Shown one piece after another: positions 19,939-29,715 of a DNA stretch of 64,000 nucleotides; the first letter of the stretch is position 1; each line of letters begins with the position of its first letter. The stretch covers positions 2,496,001 through 2,560,000 of the forward strand of contig CAWCKY010000006.1 of the NCBI GenBank assembly GCA_963796275.1. Direction: 5' to 3'. Position numbers and translations under genes: made by a program. The notes below the pieces were generated by a model that worked only from the letters and a program-made list of their open reading frames with translations, searched no databases and was not told the DNA's origin. This DNA comes from an uncultured Acidobacteriota bacterium (lineage in GTDB: Bacteria > Acidobacteriota > Blastocatellia > RBC074).

Positions 19939-21003
19939 ATGACAGCTATTGATGCTTCGCTTATCAAATTTCACATTTCGCTCACTGCCAGCAACCTTGA
20001 CCGTTCTATCGCATTCTACCGCGCTCTTCTCGGTACGGAACCGGCAAAGGTCCGTGATGATTACGCCAAGTTCGAGCTTGCCGAACCGCCGCTCGTTCTA
20101 TCGTTAATCCCCGGTGGTGTCGGCGGAAACGTCAACCATGCGGGATTGCGCGTACGAACCGCCGATGAACTGGTAGACATTCAGCGGCGGCTCGAGATTG
20201 CAGGCATCGTGACCCAGCGCGAGGAGGGAGTTGAGTGCTGCTATGCCCTGCAGACCAAGTTTTGGGTCGCCGATCCGGATCGGATGCTGTGGGAGGTTTA
20301 TCTTTTCCATGAAGATATCGACGAACGTGGAGACGCCACCGTTCCGGTCGCAGCGCTCAACGCTCCAGTTTCTCTATCGTCAAAGCCGCTCTCGAACTGG
20401 ACGCACCGTCTGGGCAGCGCTTTCCCCGACCGAATTCCTCATGACGACAACTCGCTGAATGAAGTGTTGCTTGAAGGAAGCTTCAACGCGGAGCGTGACA
20501 ATGTAAACCGCGACAAGCTGATGGCCGAAGCGCTGCGGGTGCTGCGGCCCGGCGGTGAAATACGATTGCACATGCTGACAGGCGACTCTTCCGGAAATTA
20601 CGGAAAGCTTTCTCTACCGGGTCCGGCATCGGCTGTAGGGTACGCGCCGATGCCATCAGAGCTGACGGCCGCTCTGACTCGATCGGGGTTCCGCGACGTT
20701 CACATCGTCCTGCTATCGCAAAAGCCGTGTTTCGTGGCTGAAGGAGTGGCGATGCGCGAGTGCCGCATCCAGGCGAGGAAACCCGGCCACCGGACGCAGC
20801 AGAAACAGCATCACGCGGTCTATCGCGGGCCTCTAGCCGAAGTAACGGACGACTACGGCAACGTGTTTCGGCGGGGAGAACTCACGCCGTTGAATGTGCA
20901 CGACTGGCAGATGCTATCGAAGGGAGACGCGGCTGCATCATTCGTGTTCATGACGCCGGGTGAGAGGAGCGAGGCTGCTTGCTCTTCAGTCGTTGACCTA
21001 TGA
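19939..21003 (+). CDS. ArsI/CadI-family VOC metalloenzyme fused to a truncated methyltransferase-like domain
   Basis: FHISL...DDYAKF...NHAGLRV...ECCYALQTKFWVADPD...WEVY (ArsI signature); then IPHDDNSL.EV...AEALRVLRPGG and AVYRGPLAEVTDDYGNVFRRGE; GGGAGG RBS. Confidence 0.85.
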   Translation: MTAIDASLIKFHISLTASNLDRSIAFYRALLGTEPAKVRDDYAKFELAEPPLVLSLIPGGVGGNVNHAGLRVRTADELVDIQRRLEIAGIVTQREEGVECCYALQTKFWVADPDRMLWEVYLFHEDIDERGDATVPVAALNAPVSLSSKPLSNWTHRLGSAFPDRIPHDDNSLNEVLLEGSFNAERDNVNRDKLMAEALRVLRPGGEIRLHMLTGDSSGNYGKLSLPGPASAVGYAPMPSELTAALTRSGFRDVHIVLLSQKPCFVAEGVAMRECRIQARKPGHRTQQKQHHAVYRGPLAEVTDDYGNVFRRGELTPLNVHDWQMLSKGDAAASFVFMTPGERSEAACSSVVDL

Positions 21004-21354
21004 TGTTCGTTGATCGAACTGGAAGCTGCAACAGCCAAGATCCAGCACGCGCGCGTGTGCACGGCTGCGCCTGATTCTTTCCGGTACGACGTACAGGTGC
21101 TCCCGCCCATGTTTTTCGAGGTCGAGCAGTCCTGCTTCCCGAAGGATCCTGAGGTGTCTCGAAACGTTGTAGTACTCCAAGCCCAACCGGCGCGCAATTT
21201 CGCAGACGCCGAGAGGAGCGTCCATTAACAGACCGATGATGCGAACGCGATTGTCCTCGCCGAGCGCCTTGAGCGCATTCACGCAGTCGCCCCCGTCATA
21301 AAGCGGCAAATCGGGCTGCTTCTTCGCGATTCTTTGAGTGATAGATTTGCCCAT
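20998..21354 (-). CDS. ArsR/SmtB family transcriptional regulator
   Basis: DCVNALKALGEDNRVRII..L...LGVCEIA...NVSRHLRILREAGL..EKHGR; C-terminal LDLGCC. Confidence 0.9.
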   Translation of the reverse strand: MGKSITQRIAKKQPDLPLYDGGDCVNALKALGEDNRVRIIGLLMDAPLGVCEIARRLGLEYYNVSRHLRILREAGLLDLEKHGREHLYVVPERIRRSRAHARVLDLGCCSFQFDQRTS

Positions 21355-21874
21355 CGAAACGGATTATAGCATGAAGGGAATTTTGGATTGAGGGCCATAC
21401 AGGCAGGCGAGTTACCCTTCTTGTGCATGCGGGCGCGGCAGACTGTCGCAGTAGTTCTTTCGCAATTATCCACGAGCAGAAAATTAAGAGATAACAGGAC
21501 AAACGGAAACTACTTCAGGCTGGAGCTGTTGACATGGATGTTTATAGTCCCGCCTGACACAAGTCGTAAGTGAATTGCTTAAGAAGCGCTCCATGGTTTC
21601 GTTCAGATTAGGAATTTCGTCTTTGCCTGCACCCGCAATGAACAGAAGTATCCTATGGTAGATCGCTGACCGATCTCCCCGTGCACGGATATGCAAATCG
21701 CATTGCCTGGCCGAATCTTACGGTTGATCGGATTGTTGGGCCGGTGTCGCTTTAATTGCGAGCTATACTCCAGCGCGGCGCGCAACTAAGGTTTATCGAT
21801 ACAGGCGCCAGTTAGGCATCTAGTCTATGAGCGTCGTCGCTGATCTAGCACCAGGTGAAACTTCAGCCAGTCAG

Positions 21875-22609
21875 TCACTGGTTCCTCCATCCAGGCTCGT
21901 CTCGATCGAGGATCCGCTTCAAAGCCTCAAAATGAAGCAGGTATTGCTTCTCTTCGGCGATCTGCCGGCCGGTCAGCGCTGCGATCGAATCGTCAACGAG
22001 CTTCAGCGGTTTGCCAGTACTTTGAGCCAGGACTTGCACCATGCAAGTACGTTCGAGGTAATAGAGATCATTGAATGCTCTGGCCACTGAATCGCCGCAT
22101 ACGATCACACCGTGATTGGAGAGAAATAGGACATCCGCATTTTGCGTCTGCGCCGTGATACGGTCGCCTTCTTCCGGATCGAGCACCAGACCGTTGTAGC
22201 ATTCGTCGTAAGCCACGCGGCCATAAAACCGCAGCGCATTCTGATTCGCCCATTCCAGCCTGCCACCGTCAATGATAGTAAGCGCTGTCGTATAAGGCAT
22301 ATGCGTGTGCAGCACGCAAGCAGCGTTCGGTTTCCCCAGATGAAGCCGCCCGTGAATAAAAAACGCTGTCGCTTCGACCTCATGCCTGCCTTCGATGATA
22401 TTTCCATCGGAGTCGGTCATGACCAGATCAGCAGGTGTAATCTCAGACCAGTGCAATCCTTGCGGATTTATCAGAAAGCGATCGGCGGTGCCCGGAACTG
22501 CAAGACTGAAATGATTGCAGATACCTTCATTAAACCCTAATCGCTCTGCCCATCGAAGAGCTGCCGTGAGGTCGATTCGCGCTTGAACTATTCTATCGTC
22601 ATAGTGCAT
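21875..22609 (-). CDS. Class II aldolase/adducin family protein
   Basis: EGICNHFS, FLINPQGLHWSEI, EATAFFIH, CVLHTHMPY, LSNHGV; GGAGG RBS before ATG 22609. Confidence 0.9.
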   Translation of the reverse strand: MHYDDRIVQARIDLTAALRWAERLGFNEGICNHFSLAVPGTADRFLINPQGLHWSEITPADLVMTDSDGNIIEGRHEVEATAFFIHGRLHLGKPNAACVLHTHMPYTTALTIIDGGRLEWANQNALRFYGRVAYDECYNGLVLDPEEGDRITAQTQNADVLFLSNHGVIVCGDSVARAFNDLYYLERTCMVQVLAQSTGKPLKLVDDSIAALTGRQIAEEKQYLLHFEALKRILDRDEPGWRNQ

Positions 22610-22631
22610 AGAGATTGCCTCCAAATGGTAA

Positions 22632-22928
22632 TGGTATCGTCGAGAGCAGCCGTATGATCCCACCGTGGACGATCTGAAGGCGCCGGTCGGTACGAGAGTC
22701 CCGAGATCGGGACGGTCTTCCAGATCGAGTCCAAGTGAGACGGCATGCAAGTGCACCTCGAACACGCCGTCCAGAAGCCTGGAACTCAAGCCGGTCGACC
22801 GAGACATCGTCCAAAAATTCAGGATGACGGTGCGCTTCCCACGCGACAAGTACGGAAAAGTCGTGTCTCTCGGCTACCGCAGCTCGCTGGTACGCAACGT
22901 CAAATTCTCGAGGCTGATCTACCGCTAA
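22632..22928 (+). pseudogene. Degraded C-terminal fragment of a serine-hydrolase/beta-lactamase-like protein
   Basis: Across two frameshifts and a stop it reads YRREQPYDPTVDDLKA../YESPEIGTVFQIESK*DG../LELKPVDRD..TVRFPRDKYGKVVSLGY..LVRNVKFSRL; family call is by recollection only. Confidence 0.45.
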
Positions 22929-22974
22929 TGATGCGTACAATTATAAATTAGCCAGAGGCGTACCTCGTTTACGC

Positions 22975-24690
22975 TCATAGTGTGGCTTTGTCCCGTTTTA
23001 GCGACTCGTCGCGACGCGCTTTGAACTCCGTGCCCGGTTTCCACTCCGGCCAATTTTCTCCCTGCGCCACCTGGTACCCGACCTGGAAGAGCAGCCGTAA
23101 ATCATCAATGGCGCCAGACATATCCCAATCCGGTTTCACATCGTCAGAAACCTTGTGATAGTCGCGATCGGTGTACTCCTTGCGCTTCTGCAGGCCGTAC
23201 CCTTCAGGCTTGCCGATGAATTCAGTCCCTTCGTCGGTATAGAGCGCAGGCACACCCTGCTTGGCGAATTCAAAATGATCGGAGCGATAGAAGAATCCCT
23301 TCTCCGGCTCGGCGTCGGGTTTGACCACACGCCCTTGGGCAGACGCCGCCTCGACAAGCGTATCGTCGAGCGTCGAATTGCCGTAACCGACAATCACCAC
23401 GTCTCTGGTGCGCCCCCATAGGTTGAGTCCGTCCATATTGATGTTGGCCAGTGTGCGTTCGCGTGGGTAAAGCGGATTCTCGGCATAGTACTTCGCGCCC
23501 AGCAGTCCCTTCTCCTCCGCGGTCACTGCCAGGAACAGGAGCGAACGTTTGGGCGCGGGATTCAAGGTCGCGAACGCTTCGGCGAGTTCAAGCAGGCCGG
23601 CCGTGCCTGACGCGTTGTCGTGCGCGCCGTTGAAAATCTGATCGCCCTGCAATTTCGAGTCGCGACCCATATGGTCCCAGTGCGCGGTGTAAATCACGTA
23701 CTCATCTTTGAGCTTCTCATTCGAGCCTTCCAGTTTGGCGATCACGTTGGTCGAAGCCACTTCGCGCAGCGCGGTCTTGATCGTAAAGTTGGCTTTGGCG
23801 TTTAGGGGCATGGGCTTGAAATCTTTGCTGAGCGCGGCTTTCTTCAAACCGTCGAAATCCTGCCCGGCGGTGGTGAAGAGCTGTTTGGCCTTGTCAACAG
23901 TGATCCACGATTCAACTGCGACCTTACTCATATTTCTATCGGGTGTCTGAATACCGAAGTTCTCTTGCCGCCAACTGGCCAAAGCCGCGAATGGATAGCC
24001 TGCGGGACCGGTTTCGTGAACGATGATCGCAGCCGCCGCTCCTTTCTCCGAAGCGATCTCGTATTTGTACGTCCAGCGGCCGTAATAGGTCATCGCTCTG
24101 CCCTTGAACATCTTCTCGTCGAGCTTGTTCGCATCTACGGGATCGGGGATCGCCGGGTCGTTGATGAGCATGACGATCGTCTTGCCTTTGACGTCCACGC
24201 CTTTAAAATCGTCCCAGCCGTATTCGGGAGCTACGACTCCGTAACCAACGAAGATCACGTCCGAATTCTCGACTTTGGTCTCCGGCGTGAACCGGGGCGA
24301 GCGCGCCAGATAATCCTCACTGGCGAGAGGCATCTGCTTGCCGCCGATGGTGAATGACGCCGATGGCTGGGGGGTATAACCAACGAGCGGAACTTTCTGC
24401 GTATAACTGCCATCGGGATTCCCGGGCTTGAGGCCCAGACGTTTGAATTGTTCGGTCAGATAGTTAACAGTCAATTCCTCACCTTTGGTGCCCGGCGCGC
24501 GCCCTTCGAACTCATCCGAAGCGAGCGTTTTGATGTGCCCAAGCAGCTTGTCACTATTGACGCGGTCGAGCGCGGGCTTGATGTCGGCGGACGCCTCAGG
24601 CGCGACGTTGTTTTTTGTTTCGGGAGCGCAGGCCAATGCGAATGATACGAAGGCGAAAAATACGCCCCGGAAAAAAATGTGCTTTTTCAT
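22975..24690 (-). CDS. M28 family metallopeptidase with PA domain, probable lipoprotein
   Basis: [58 protein letters not shown]; FALAC lipobox. Confidence 0.93.
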   Translation of the reverse strand: MKKHIFFRGVFFAFVSFALACAPETKNNVAPEASADIKPALDRVNSDKLLGHIKTLASDEFEGRAPGTKGEELTVNYLTEQFKRLGLKPGNPDGSYTQKVPLVGYTPQPSASFTIGGKQMPLASEDYLARSPRFTPETKVENSDVIFVGYGVVAPEYGWDDFKGVDVKGKTIVMLINDPAIPDPVDANKLDEKMFKGRAMTYYGRWTYKYEIASEKGAAAAIIVHETGPAGYPFAALASWRQENFGIQTPDRNMSKVAVESWITVDKAKQLFTTAGQDFDGLKKAALSKDFKPMPLNAKANFTIKTALREVASTNVIAKLEGSNEKLKDEYVIYTAHWDHMGRDSKLQGDQIFNGAHDNASGTAGLLELAEAFATLNPAPKRSLLFLAVTAEEKGLLGAKYYAENPLYPRERTLANINMDGLNLWGRTRDVVIVGYGNSTLDDTLVEAASAQGRVVKPDAEPEKGFFYRSDHFEFAKQGVPALYTDEGTEFIGKPEGYGLQKRKEYTDRDYHKVSDDVKPDWDMSGAIDDLRLLFQVGYQVAQGENWPEWKPGTEFKARRDESLKRDKATL

Positions 24691-25324
24691 TTTCGGTCCC
24701 TTCGGTTCTTTGTCTCAAGTTTGTGGTCGAACATTGCGTAATAGAAAATCCGCCTGAAATAGAGAGGCGGAAGTATGGTGCATTATTGATGATTTGTAGC
24801 GTCCGGCGCCAGACTTTTCAGCCGACGAAAATATTTCTAATTGCTTTGGTAACAAGGAAGCGGCCGCGTTGATCAACTGCAGCTACGCCACGTTCCGGCG
24901 GGCGGCGGTCAATGGAAAACTCAAAGCGGATTCTGTCGGTAATCGACAGCAAAATACTTGGATCAAAAATATTGCGTGGATTGAAACTGGATCAGGTGAA
25001 CTCACATTGATGAGTATATTTTTCAGCTGCTCAGAGCAGTCATTGGATCGACTTTCGTTGCCCGGCGTGCGGGCAGATAACAAGCAAGTAATGCAATGAA
25101 AAGCAGGAAGAGCGCCGTTCCCGCAAAGGTTACCGGATCGGTTGCGCTCACGCTGTAAAGCCAACCGGCGAGCATCCACGTCAGAGCGACCGTCAGTCCC
25201 AGACCAATGAAGATTCCAACCAGGTCACTCCCACTTGGTGCGCCCAGGGGCGAATTGGCTGAGACATCTTCAGGGTCCGGACAAAGTCGCCGCGTTGAGC
25301 GTCACCACACGCGATCAGTCACTT

Positions 25325-25981
25325 TCAGGTCGCGCCGAGCTTACTTGGGGTTGTCGCCTTAACTGCCCGATACTTCTTTACGTCAGCACCCGGTTCCGAG
25401 AATTTCAAGTCAAGGCCGCCGTCTTTGCGCTGCTCGATTTCAAGCACTGCGGCCTTGACTCCATCAAAGTAGTGAAGCAGGAAGGTCAATCCGTCAAAGC
25501 GCCCAGCTATCGGTCCCAACTCGCCGCTCGGGCGCGAAACGGTGGCAAAGGTGTCGTCGCCTTTCCGTCGGATTGTCAGGCGCCAGGCGGTGTCCGGCAC
25601 TTCCCAGGTTCCCGAGATATCCGGTCCTGCCTCGCCTACGAAGCCGCAAGTACAGAACTTTGACGCGGTGAACGGATGCATGTCCTGTCCACTCCCAATA
25701 GTGCCCTTAAGTTGCCCATCCGCCAGTGTAGCCTCAAGCCGTGTGCCGGATCCGAAAGTGAGGCGCACTGACCCAGCCTCAAAACTACCCTCCTTGGAAG
25801 CTACGCGGGAGTCGCCATTCACGAAAGAGCCCTTGAGCGTTTTGCCGTTGGGCTCGAAATGGATAATGAATGGAACATTCAGAGTGCCGAAGGTGATCGT
25901 TCCGTCCCATCGGTCGTCCGGTGCTTGCGCCCATCCGCAAGCCACGGCCAGAGTAACCATCGTGAATATTTTCAGGATCAT
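25325..25981 (-). CDS. Secreted two-domain beta-rich protein with central CTC motif
   Basis: Signal peptide MILKIFTMVTLAVACGWAQ; two related repeats (RWDGTI.../ISGTWEV...) linked by KFCTCGF; GGAG RBS; the TTG start at 26020 falls inside the repeat element. Confidence 0.75.
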   Translation of the reverse strand: MILKIFTMVTLAVACGWAQAPDDRWDGTITFGTLNVPFIIHFEPNGKTLKGSFVNGDSRVASKEGSFEAGSVRLTFGSGTRLEATLADGQLKGTIGSGQDMHPFTASKFCTCGFVGEAGPDISGTWEVPDTAWRLTIRRKGDDTFATVSRPSGELGPIAGRFDGLTFLLHYFDGVKAAVLEIEQRKDGGLDLKFSEPGADVKKYRAVKATTPSKLGAT

Positions 25982-26003
25982 TTGTTTATCTCCAGAGTTG
26001 AAA

Positions 26004-26524
26004 TATTGAGCTTCAGGCAATCAGTTTTACAAACATTGCCTGCTTCGTTTCCGCCGCGTCTCGACGCTATGGATGGAGCCCGGCGTTTCAAGGCCTTGTT
26101 ATGCCCAAACTTTCGCACGAAATGTACACCTTCTTCGTCGCGCCGCGACGGCGTGAATGTAGCCGTGCGTTTTAACGGAAAGCCAGTAAAAGGCTCCGCG
26201 TCGCGTCAGCGACGGTTGAGTCAAGCGTCGCTGACGCGACGCCGGGACAATCTCACGTGTCTACCGTGGGTTGAAACCCGATTGAAACCCACGGCTACAA
26301 TCAGCCGCCGCTAACGCGGCGAGGAAATGTGGCTTCCGTGAAAAGATATGGGTAACGACAGGTAATAACTCACGGAAAGACAGCCATTGGTTGAAACCCA
26401 CAGCTTACATTCACGCCGTCGCTACGCGACGATGGATGCCGGTGCCGGCGTTGAAACGCCGGATTAGACTTATCCCTGCAGCTACGGCAATTCGGCATCG
26501 GCATTAGACGACCAAACTTAATGT
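26004..26524 (-). repeat. ~520-bp REP-rich repeat element, copy 2 (inverted relative to 6896..7433)
   Basis: Direct alignment with copy 1, with small indels. Confidence 0.9.
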
Positions 26525-26566
26525 AAATAGATGAACCGACCAGCCTTATCGGCCGCGTCAAATTTG

Positions 26567-27746
26567 CTAATCATTGATTTGAAGCTCTTTCAGAGCACTT
26601 CGAGGTTTAAGCAGATGCTGAACCTCGAGCATAGTCTTGTGCACGTACGCGTCTTCCGCTGCTCTCCTGGATAGGGCGGTAGAAAATTTTAGAGCGTTGG
26701 CCAGGTCCTCAGGACGGTCGCCCATGGCTCGGGGGTCGGCATAGTCCTGCACGTGAGTAGTGAGCCAGGGCCCTTCTATTACAGCTTGTGCACGCAATCA
26801 ACACAAATTCGCGTCCCGGATGGTCTGCGGCCCCCATTAGGGCCGTCTCAGCTAGCACGCCTTGCAGTATGGTTGCCTGTTGAGCAGCCACGCTCATCCC
26901 TTGACCGTATACCGGATTGAACCGGCACATGGTATCAGCGAACGGGATAACATTACCCGGCAGAGCATAATTCCTGCCAAATCTCCTCCAGCGGCTCGCC
27001 TTGAATATGTATAACGCTGTATCACCGCGGAGCCTGGCTGCTCTTACGGCGTTGTACATGTCCGGTACGGGCAAATTCCGTAGATGTTCAACGAACTCCG
27101 AGGCCTTATTAGATGGCTTCTCATCGTAACGGCCGGTCAAAACCACCATCCAATTATTCCCCTCGATAGGAAACAGAAACGCAGCTCGGCGGTTCTCTTC
27201 AGGATGCGACAGAATAACGAGTGCCTTCCAGTCCTCTGGGGCGCTTTCCGGCATCTCGAAGATCGTTGTGGCATAGCACGCGCCATCAGGGGCTTGACAC
27301 CTGATGCTGCTGATGGTTTCGATGCTCGGGTCAAGCACGAACTCCAGTGCCTTCCAGCCCTGCAAAAAACGTATGTTTGGATATTGCTCAGTTCGTTTTC
27401 TGATAAGCAATTCAATCAGGGGGCGAGACATGCTGTAAATAGTCAAACCGAGATCACGGCGCGGAAAAGGATGATATCCGGGCCGGTACATCAAATACTC
27501 CTGAGTCAATCCAATCGGCACAGCACCGGCGGTAATCAGATCCTGATCGAATCCAGGAAATAAGGAGTTCAATGCGTTCATGCCGCCGGCCAACAACGCC
27601 TGAAGGTGCCTTGATTGCGGAGTACCCGGTCGTGGAACCGCGTTCTGCGGTAACGTATCGTTTTCAATTACTTCCACTTGATCGAAGTGATCGCTCAACG
27701 CTCGTGCCGCTGTCAGACCGCCCACACCCGCTCCGATGACGACAGC
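26567..27746 (-). pseudogene. FAD-dependent oxidoreductase/monooxygenase pseudogene
   Basis: AVVIGAGVGGL Rossmann motif, RPGTPQSRH, FNPVYGQGMSVAA; own start missing, apparent internal deletion (APDGA|CYATTIF, no ADLVVDASG segment), frameshift near 26800. Confidence 0.8.
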
Positions 27747-27840
27747 GAACCCTGTGCAGATGCGAGGCAATAGAACGAGAGCAAGCAGGCGATGAGGATA
27801 AAGCCGCGCCGTAAATTAGTCATGATAATTCTCCTATACA
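27713..27840 (-). pseudogene. RBS and signal peptide of a TBDR paralog, fused out of frame to the FAD gene
   Basis: AGGAG RBS then ATG 27823: MTNLRRGFILIACLLSFYCLASAQGS vs MNNLRRGSILIACLLSLTRLASAQGS of the 46109 TBDR (21/26 identical). Confidence 0.8.
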
Positions 27841-28179
27841 ATCAATGGGAATGACGAAAAGCGGCACCAGGTCGTCCTTAGACCGCAAATTTCAACTTCG
27901 AGAGAACTCGGACACCCCACCGCGCGGTCAAGGCCATTGTGAGGCAGCGTGTTGACGCACTCCGCAGGCACAATTGGACACACTACAACCATCACGAATC
28001 GTTTTTTCATGGATTTCCTTCTCGATTATTTGTTTTTCAAGTTCTGATTTTTGGGCTTCGTTTCTTTAACCCCGTACGCCTCCCACGGTTGCCGGCTCGC
28101 TACATTTCTTGTGTCGCGTCACGGCTTGGCGATGCTTATATCTGATCACTATCGGCCAGGTTGTGGCCGATCTATCGAA

Positions 28180-29274
28180 TCAGTCTCCCGCCCCCGCGCC
28201 AAGACTGGCGCCGTTCTCGTGACGCGCTTCGAGCTGGTCGAGCTTGTTCATCATCTGCACGCTGTGAACCAGCGCGATTCCGGCCGCCATCGCGCTGGCG
28301 ACGTGGACTGCTTCGCTCATCTGCGCTTCGCTCACGTGCATCTTGTGCAGTGTCGCGGTGTAGGAGTCTATGCAATAGGGGCATTTCAGCGCGTGCGACA
28401 CCGCCAGCGCAATCAGAGCTTTCTCGCGCCTGGTCAGCTCGCCGTCCGCCATGACCTGCCCGTAATAGGCGAAGAAGCCTTCCGCCATTTTCGGATTGGC
28501 GCGGCTGATTTCGCTGAAGCGGCCCAGGTCTTGCCGTTGATAATAGTTGCCGTAGCTGCCGCTCGCCGCATGGCCGTTGGCGCTGGCTGTCGCGGTCTCT
28601 GATGAGGTTTCGGCCCCGCAGCAGGAGATCGAGGCGGGATCGATCTTTTCGGGATTGGCCGGGCGCAGATCGCACCCCATCTTGTCGGGATTGACCTTCA
28701 GTGCGCCGTAAGCGAACTCAAGCGGAATGCCCGTATTTTCGCCTTCATCCGGGGGGTACAGCCAATGCTTCTCAGCCACCTCTACGTGGCAGCAGTAAAC
28801 GGGACGATCCGGGCCGCCCTGAGAGGCGTGCGCCCAATTGAGCGTCTGTGCCGCGGCTGGCAATGCGTCGAAGGTTTGGCGGACTGCCGCGGTTTCATCG
28901 CGCAGGTCGATTCCGATGTGATCCAGGAAAGGGCGCGGGCGGCGATTGGCTTCGGTCTCCAACAGTTCGTCCTGCGAGACTTTGATGTGGGAGAAGATGG
29001 CGTTGATGGCTCCGGGAAAACGATATTTGACGAAACCGTCTTTTTGATGATCGAGCCGCGCCCCCAAGTCGAAGAACTGATTGATCGGCAGCATGTGCGT
29101 ATCATCTACCTTGATGTGAAGATGCAAAGTCTCAGCCAACTCGACCGCGCCGTCGAGCGGCGAGTCAGGCGCGCCCAGACGGTTGACGACTTCAATTTCT
29201 CGGTTGTTGAGCAGGCCGCATTCTTGTAAGGCTTTGAGACTGGCGATCGCTTCGTCGTTGTTTCGAAATTTCAT
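28180..29274 (-). CDS. Fusion of a divergent VOC-like domain (CC motif) and an arsenosugar-biosynthesis-associated AhpD/CMD peroxidase-like domain
   Basis: N part LHLHIKVDD..LDHIGIDL..YCCHVEVAEKHWLYPP..LEFAYG; C part YYQRQDLGRF..FFAYYGQVMADGELTRREKALIALAVSHALKCPYCIDSYT..EAVHVA..LVHSVQMMNK (TIGR04169-like). Confidence 0.85.
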   Translation of the reverse strand: MKFRNNDEAIASLKALQECGLLNNREIEVVNRLGAPDSPLDGAVELAETLHLHIKVDDTHMLPINQFFDLGARLDHQKDGFVKYRFPGAINAIFSHIKVSQDELLETEANRRPRPFLDHIGIDLRDETAAVRQTFDALPAAAQTLNWAHASQGGPDRPVYCCHVEVAEKHWLYPPDEGENTGIPLEFAYGALKVNPDKMGCDLRPANPEKIDPASISCCGAETSSETATASANGHAASGSYGNYYQRQDLGRFSEISRANPKMAEGFFAYYGQVMADGELTRREKALIALAVSHALKCPYCIDSYTATLHKMHVSEAQMSEAVHVASAMAAGIALVHSVQMMNKLDQLEARHENGASLGAGAGD

Positions 29275-29389
29275 TTCAATCCTCTCCTTTCAATTGGGGC
29301 TTCATATCAATATCAGAGGTTCGTCACAGTTACCTGTCGCTGCGAATTACAGTCAATTGGATATATTTCACTGTAAATCGTCAGGAATT

Positions 29390-29403
29390 TTTGAATATTC
29401 AAA
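29390..29403. promoter_or_regulatory. Perfect 14-bp palindrome, candidate ArsR-type operator
   Basis: TTTGAATATTCAAA about 115 bp upstream of the 29274 start. Confidence 0.4.
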
Positions 29404-29715
29404 CGATAATAAAGAGGACCAAAACGAGTCGGGGTGATGTTCGGCCCTGTGAGATAATATCTTCGGCGCTCTTTGATGGTTATTGGATTGCTGCGCGGTG
29501 CATCGTAATTCTGGGGCACGTCAAAAGCGCATATTGTCTCTCGCGTATACGCCTCTCACTCGAACGCGGTTTCGCAAGAAACAACTAACATCTCAATTAC
29601 TATACAGATCGTATTTCGATATGTGGATTCTTACTGACATTCCAATCGAGCCACACATTGCAGCATCCGATCGGCTTGTATTTCCGCGTGTCTGTGGTAC
29701 TGCGAGGAACTCTTT

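Noticed and set aside
27834-28010. 58-aa Cys-containing minus-strand ORF (MKKRFVMVVVC...) with an RBS, possible RiPP precursor
   Set aside because: No modifying enzymes are adjacent and it lies in a deletion-scarred region; more likely a gene remnant
15590-29403. Complete arsenosugar biosynthesis cluster
   Set aside because: No radical SAM ArsS (CxxxCxxC) and no intact ArsM with a SAM-binding motif are in the window
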